Assembly: GCA_963761335.1 (NCBI GenBank)
Contig: CAVXGR010000005.1
Location: 224,001-288,000 of the forward strand
Reading direction: 5' to 3'
DNA length: 64,000 nt
DNA from: an uncultured delta proteobacterium
Lineage (GTDB): Bacteria > Desulfobacterota > Binatia > HRBIN30 > BPIQ01
The notes under the pieces were generated by a model. The model worked only from the letters and a program-made list of their open reading frames with translations, searched no databases and had not been told where the DNA came from. Shown one piece after another: positions 61,698 through 64,000 of the stretch (the stretch's first letter is position 1; each line of letters starts with the position of its first letter). Both the position numbers and the translations under genes were made by a program.

Positions 61698-61705
61698 AAG
61701 GGGAC

Positions 61706-62373
61706 AGTGCGTCATGAGCCTGCGGCTCACCAGCAGACGATGAAGATGAGGCTGGGGATCTGCCCCGTAGAGAGATTTGGCGGTTCTCGCCTGGGCGAAG
61801 TTCGCCCCGGAGGGGCGGTGGCGTGTAGCCCCGGATGAAACCCGGGGAAAAATGCGCGCTCCGTCATAGGCGCCCCGCCAGGGGGCGCGGGCAGATTTTC
61901 GTCGATGTCGCGCCTGTACGCCGATGATCACCGCTGGGTGCGTGGGAAGCTCATCAACGTGATTCACGCGGCCCCTACGCCTGCGCCCCTCCGGGGCGCT
62001 GATCTGGGCAATCGGAACGCGGTCCCCGGGTTGGCACCCGGGGAAAAATGCGCGCTCCGTCATAGGCGCCCCGCCAGGGGCGCGGGCAGATTTTCGTCGA
62101 TGTCGCGCCTGTACGCCGATGATCACCGCTGGGTGCGTGGGAAGCTCATCAACGTGATTCACGCGGCCCCTACGCCTGCGCCCCTCCGGGGCGCTGATCT
62201 GGGCAATCGGAACGCGGTCCCCGGGTTGGCACCCGGGGCTACATGCCCGCGCCCCTCCGGGGCGATAATCTCCACCCCAAGCGCCGGGGCTCCGAGAGAC
62301 CCTCCGGGGCGATAAGCCTCCACCCCAGCGCCGGGACTCCGCCAGACCTTCACCCAATAGATTTTCGAAGCAG
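61706..62373 (-). mobile_element. Family D element copy 2 (664 bp, with an internal ~195-bp tandem duplication), inserted into a family C hairpin
   Basis: Reverse complement of the 41298-41724 element; AG (CT) cores at 61706-61707 and 62372-62373; duplicated units start at 61841 and 62037. Confidence 0.8.
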
Positions 62374-62443
62374 GCTACTTTTGCGGCTCGAGGTCGGGTG
62401 AGAGCAACAATCTCGCGTGCAAAAGTTGCCTGTCCCCAGCCCC

Positions 62444-63871
62444 TCAGCCCCAGATGGGCGGGCGGCGGTCGCGCCAGGGGCGGGCCTCTTCGAGCTGCGC
62501 CGCCAGGCGGAAGAGCGTCGCCTCGTCGCCGAAGCGGCCGGTGAACATGAGGCCGACGGGAAGGCCGTCGGCGGTCCAGTGCAACGGCAGCGAGATCGCC
62601 GGCTGGCCGGTGGCGTTCTGCATCGGCGTGAAGGGCACGTACTCCATCACCGGGGCCATCGCCTTCATCGGGTCCTTCTCCTGGATGTCGATCGTGCCGA
62701 GGCGAATCGGCGGCGATGCCAGCGTCGGCGTCAGCCAGCAGTCATAGGTCTGGTGGAAGCGCGCGATCTGGCGCGAGGCCATCTGCAGCATCGCCATCGA
62801 AAGATGATACTGGCTCGCGGGCACCTGCTTCCCCTGCTGATAGAGGGCCCAGGTGAGCCCCTCGAAGTCCCCTTCGCTCGGCGTGCGGCCGTTCATGAGA
62901 CCGAAGCCCTCGATCATCGCGGCGTGAGCCGAGAGGAAGACGGAGAGGAAGGCGCCGCTGAGCATGCCGACGTCGACCGGCGGAGACGACTCCTCGAGCG
63001 TGTGTCCCAGCTCCTCGAGCAGCTTGGCGGTCGACTCCACGGCGGCGACGCACTCCGGGTGCAGGGCCGCGCCACTCGGTGATCGCGTCGCGAAGGCGAT
63101 GCGCAGGCGGCCGGGCGGCGTTCCGGTCTCCTCGAGGAACGGCCGCTTCACCGGCGGCGCCCAGTACGGATCGCCGGGCTCGGGGCCGTGGGTGCAGTCG
63201 AGGGCGGCGGCGCTGTCGCGAACCGTGCGGCTGACGACACCCTCGACGACAATGCCGCCGGCGAAGTCGCCGATGTCCGGCCCCATCGGGTTGCGGGCCC
63301 GCGTCGGCTTGAGACCGACGAGACCGCAGCACGATGCCGGAATGCGAATCGAGCCGCCGCCGTCATTGGCGTGCGCCAGCGGGACGATCCCCGCAGCCAC
63401 GGCGGCGGCGGAGCCGCCACTGGATCCGCCGGTCGAGTGATCGGGGTTCCACGGATTGCGTGCCGGCCCGTAGAGCGCCGACTCGGTGGTCGGCAGGATG
63501 CCGCATTCGGGCGCGTTGGTCTTGCCCAGCGGAATTAGGCCCGCCGCCTTGAAGCGCACCACCAGCGTATCGTCGCGGTGCGCCGGCACTCCCACCATGA
63601 AGCGGCAGGCCGACGCCGTCGGCACGCCCTCGAGGTTGCCGAGGATGTCCTTGAGGAGAAACGGCACACCGCCGAAGGCGCCGTTCGCCGGTTGCGCCGC
63701 GGCGCTGCGGGCGCGGTCGTAGATCTTGTAGACGACCGCGTTCAGCTGCGGGTTGTGTCGCTCGATGCGCGCAATCGCCTCATCGACGAGCTCGGCAGGA
63801 GTGACCTCGCCGCGGCGCACGAGATCCGCGAGGCCGAGGCCGTCATGGGCGGCATATTCGGAAAAGGACAT
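62444..63871 (-). CDS. Amidase (amidase signature family)
   Basis: [43 protein letters not shown]. Confidence 0.95.
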   Translation of the reverse strand: MSFSEYAAHDGLGLADLVRRGEVTPAELVDEAIARIERHNPQLNAVVYKIYDRARSAAAQPANGAFGGVPFLLKDILGNLEGVPTASACRFMVGVPAHRDDTLVVRFKAAGLIPLGKTNAPECGILPTTESALYGPARNPWNPDHSTGGSSGGSAAAVAAGIVPLAHANDGGGSIRIPASCCGLVGLKPTRARNPMGPDIGDFAGGIVVEGVVSRTVRDSAAALDCTHGPEPGDPYWAPPVKRPFLEETGTPPGRLRIAFATRSPSGAALHPECVAAVESTAKLLEELGHTLEESSPPVDVGMLSGAFLSVFLSAHAAMIEGFGLMNGRTPSEGDFEGLTWALYQQGKQVPASQYHLSMAMLQMASRQIARFHQTYDCWLTPTLASPPIRLGTIDIQEKDPMKAMAPVMEYVPFTPMQNATGQPAISLPLHWTADGLPVGLMFTGRFGDEATLFRLAAQLEEARPWRDRRPPIWG

Positions 63872-63925
63872 GCGCGCACGATTAGCGCCGCGGCCGCCGC
63901 GGTTCAATGGCGGAGGAGAGCCGAG

Positions 63926-64000
63926 GGGGACTGGCTCCTCTTCGGCTCGAGTGGCGCACTTCGAACGGCGTGTCGCTCGCCGCCGAAGAGGTGCCTGTCC
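63926..64000. repeat. Family C-like hairpin element (truncated by window end)
   Basis: ggggactggctcctcttcggc ... gccgaagaggtgcctgtcc. Confidence 0.65.

Overview
High-GC bacterial chromosomal window; the gene content (DUF1329, LLM oxidoreductase, Ltp3/Ltp4-like thiolases, CYP125/142-like P450) suggests Candidatus Binatota or a similar lineage, which is an inference. In order it holds: a partial hybrid PAS histidine kinase; tRNA-Gly(CCC); peroxiredoxin-fold genes, one of them a hidden membrane-anchored selenoprotein (in-frame UGA in a U-P-F-C motif with an fdhF-like SECIS hairpin); GH38 mannosidase and an orphan murE; a steroid side-chain-type operon that shares a perfect 14-bp KstR2-like operator with a distant TetR-P450-ferredoxin operon; and a Rieske/cytochrome b/nine-heme cytochrome c complex. 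A ~17-kb metal-efflux region follows, with dmeF, two complete CusCBA-type operons each headed by a Cys-rich leader ORF, and vapBC; one TolC carries an in-frame 5x51-bp REP-like array. The window ends with a K+-independent H+-PPase, a short dxs whose stop lies in a (GTTGTTAG)21 microsatellite, a TetR/sterol desaturase pair and an amidase. Intergenic DNA is dense with palindromic REP/MITE-like families, including a TIR-less element bounded by CT cores (IS110-like) whose empty site can be reconstructed. No CRISPR array, integrase or transposase was seen. All family assignments come from motif recognition by eye, not database searches.
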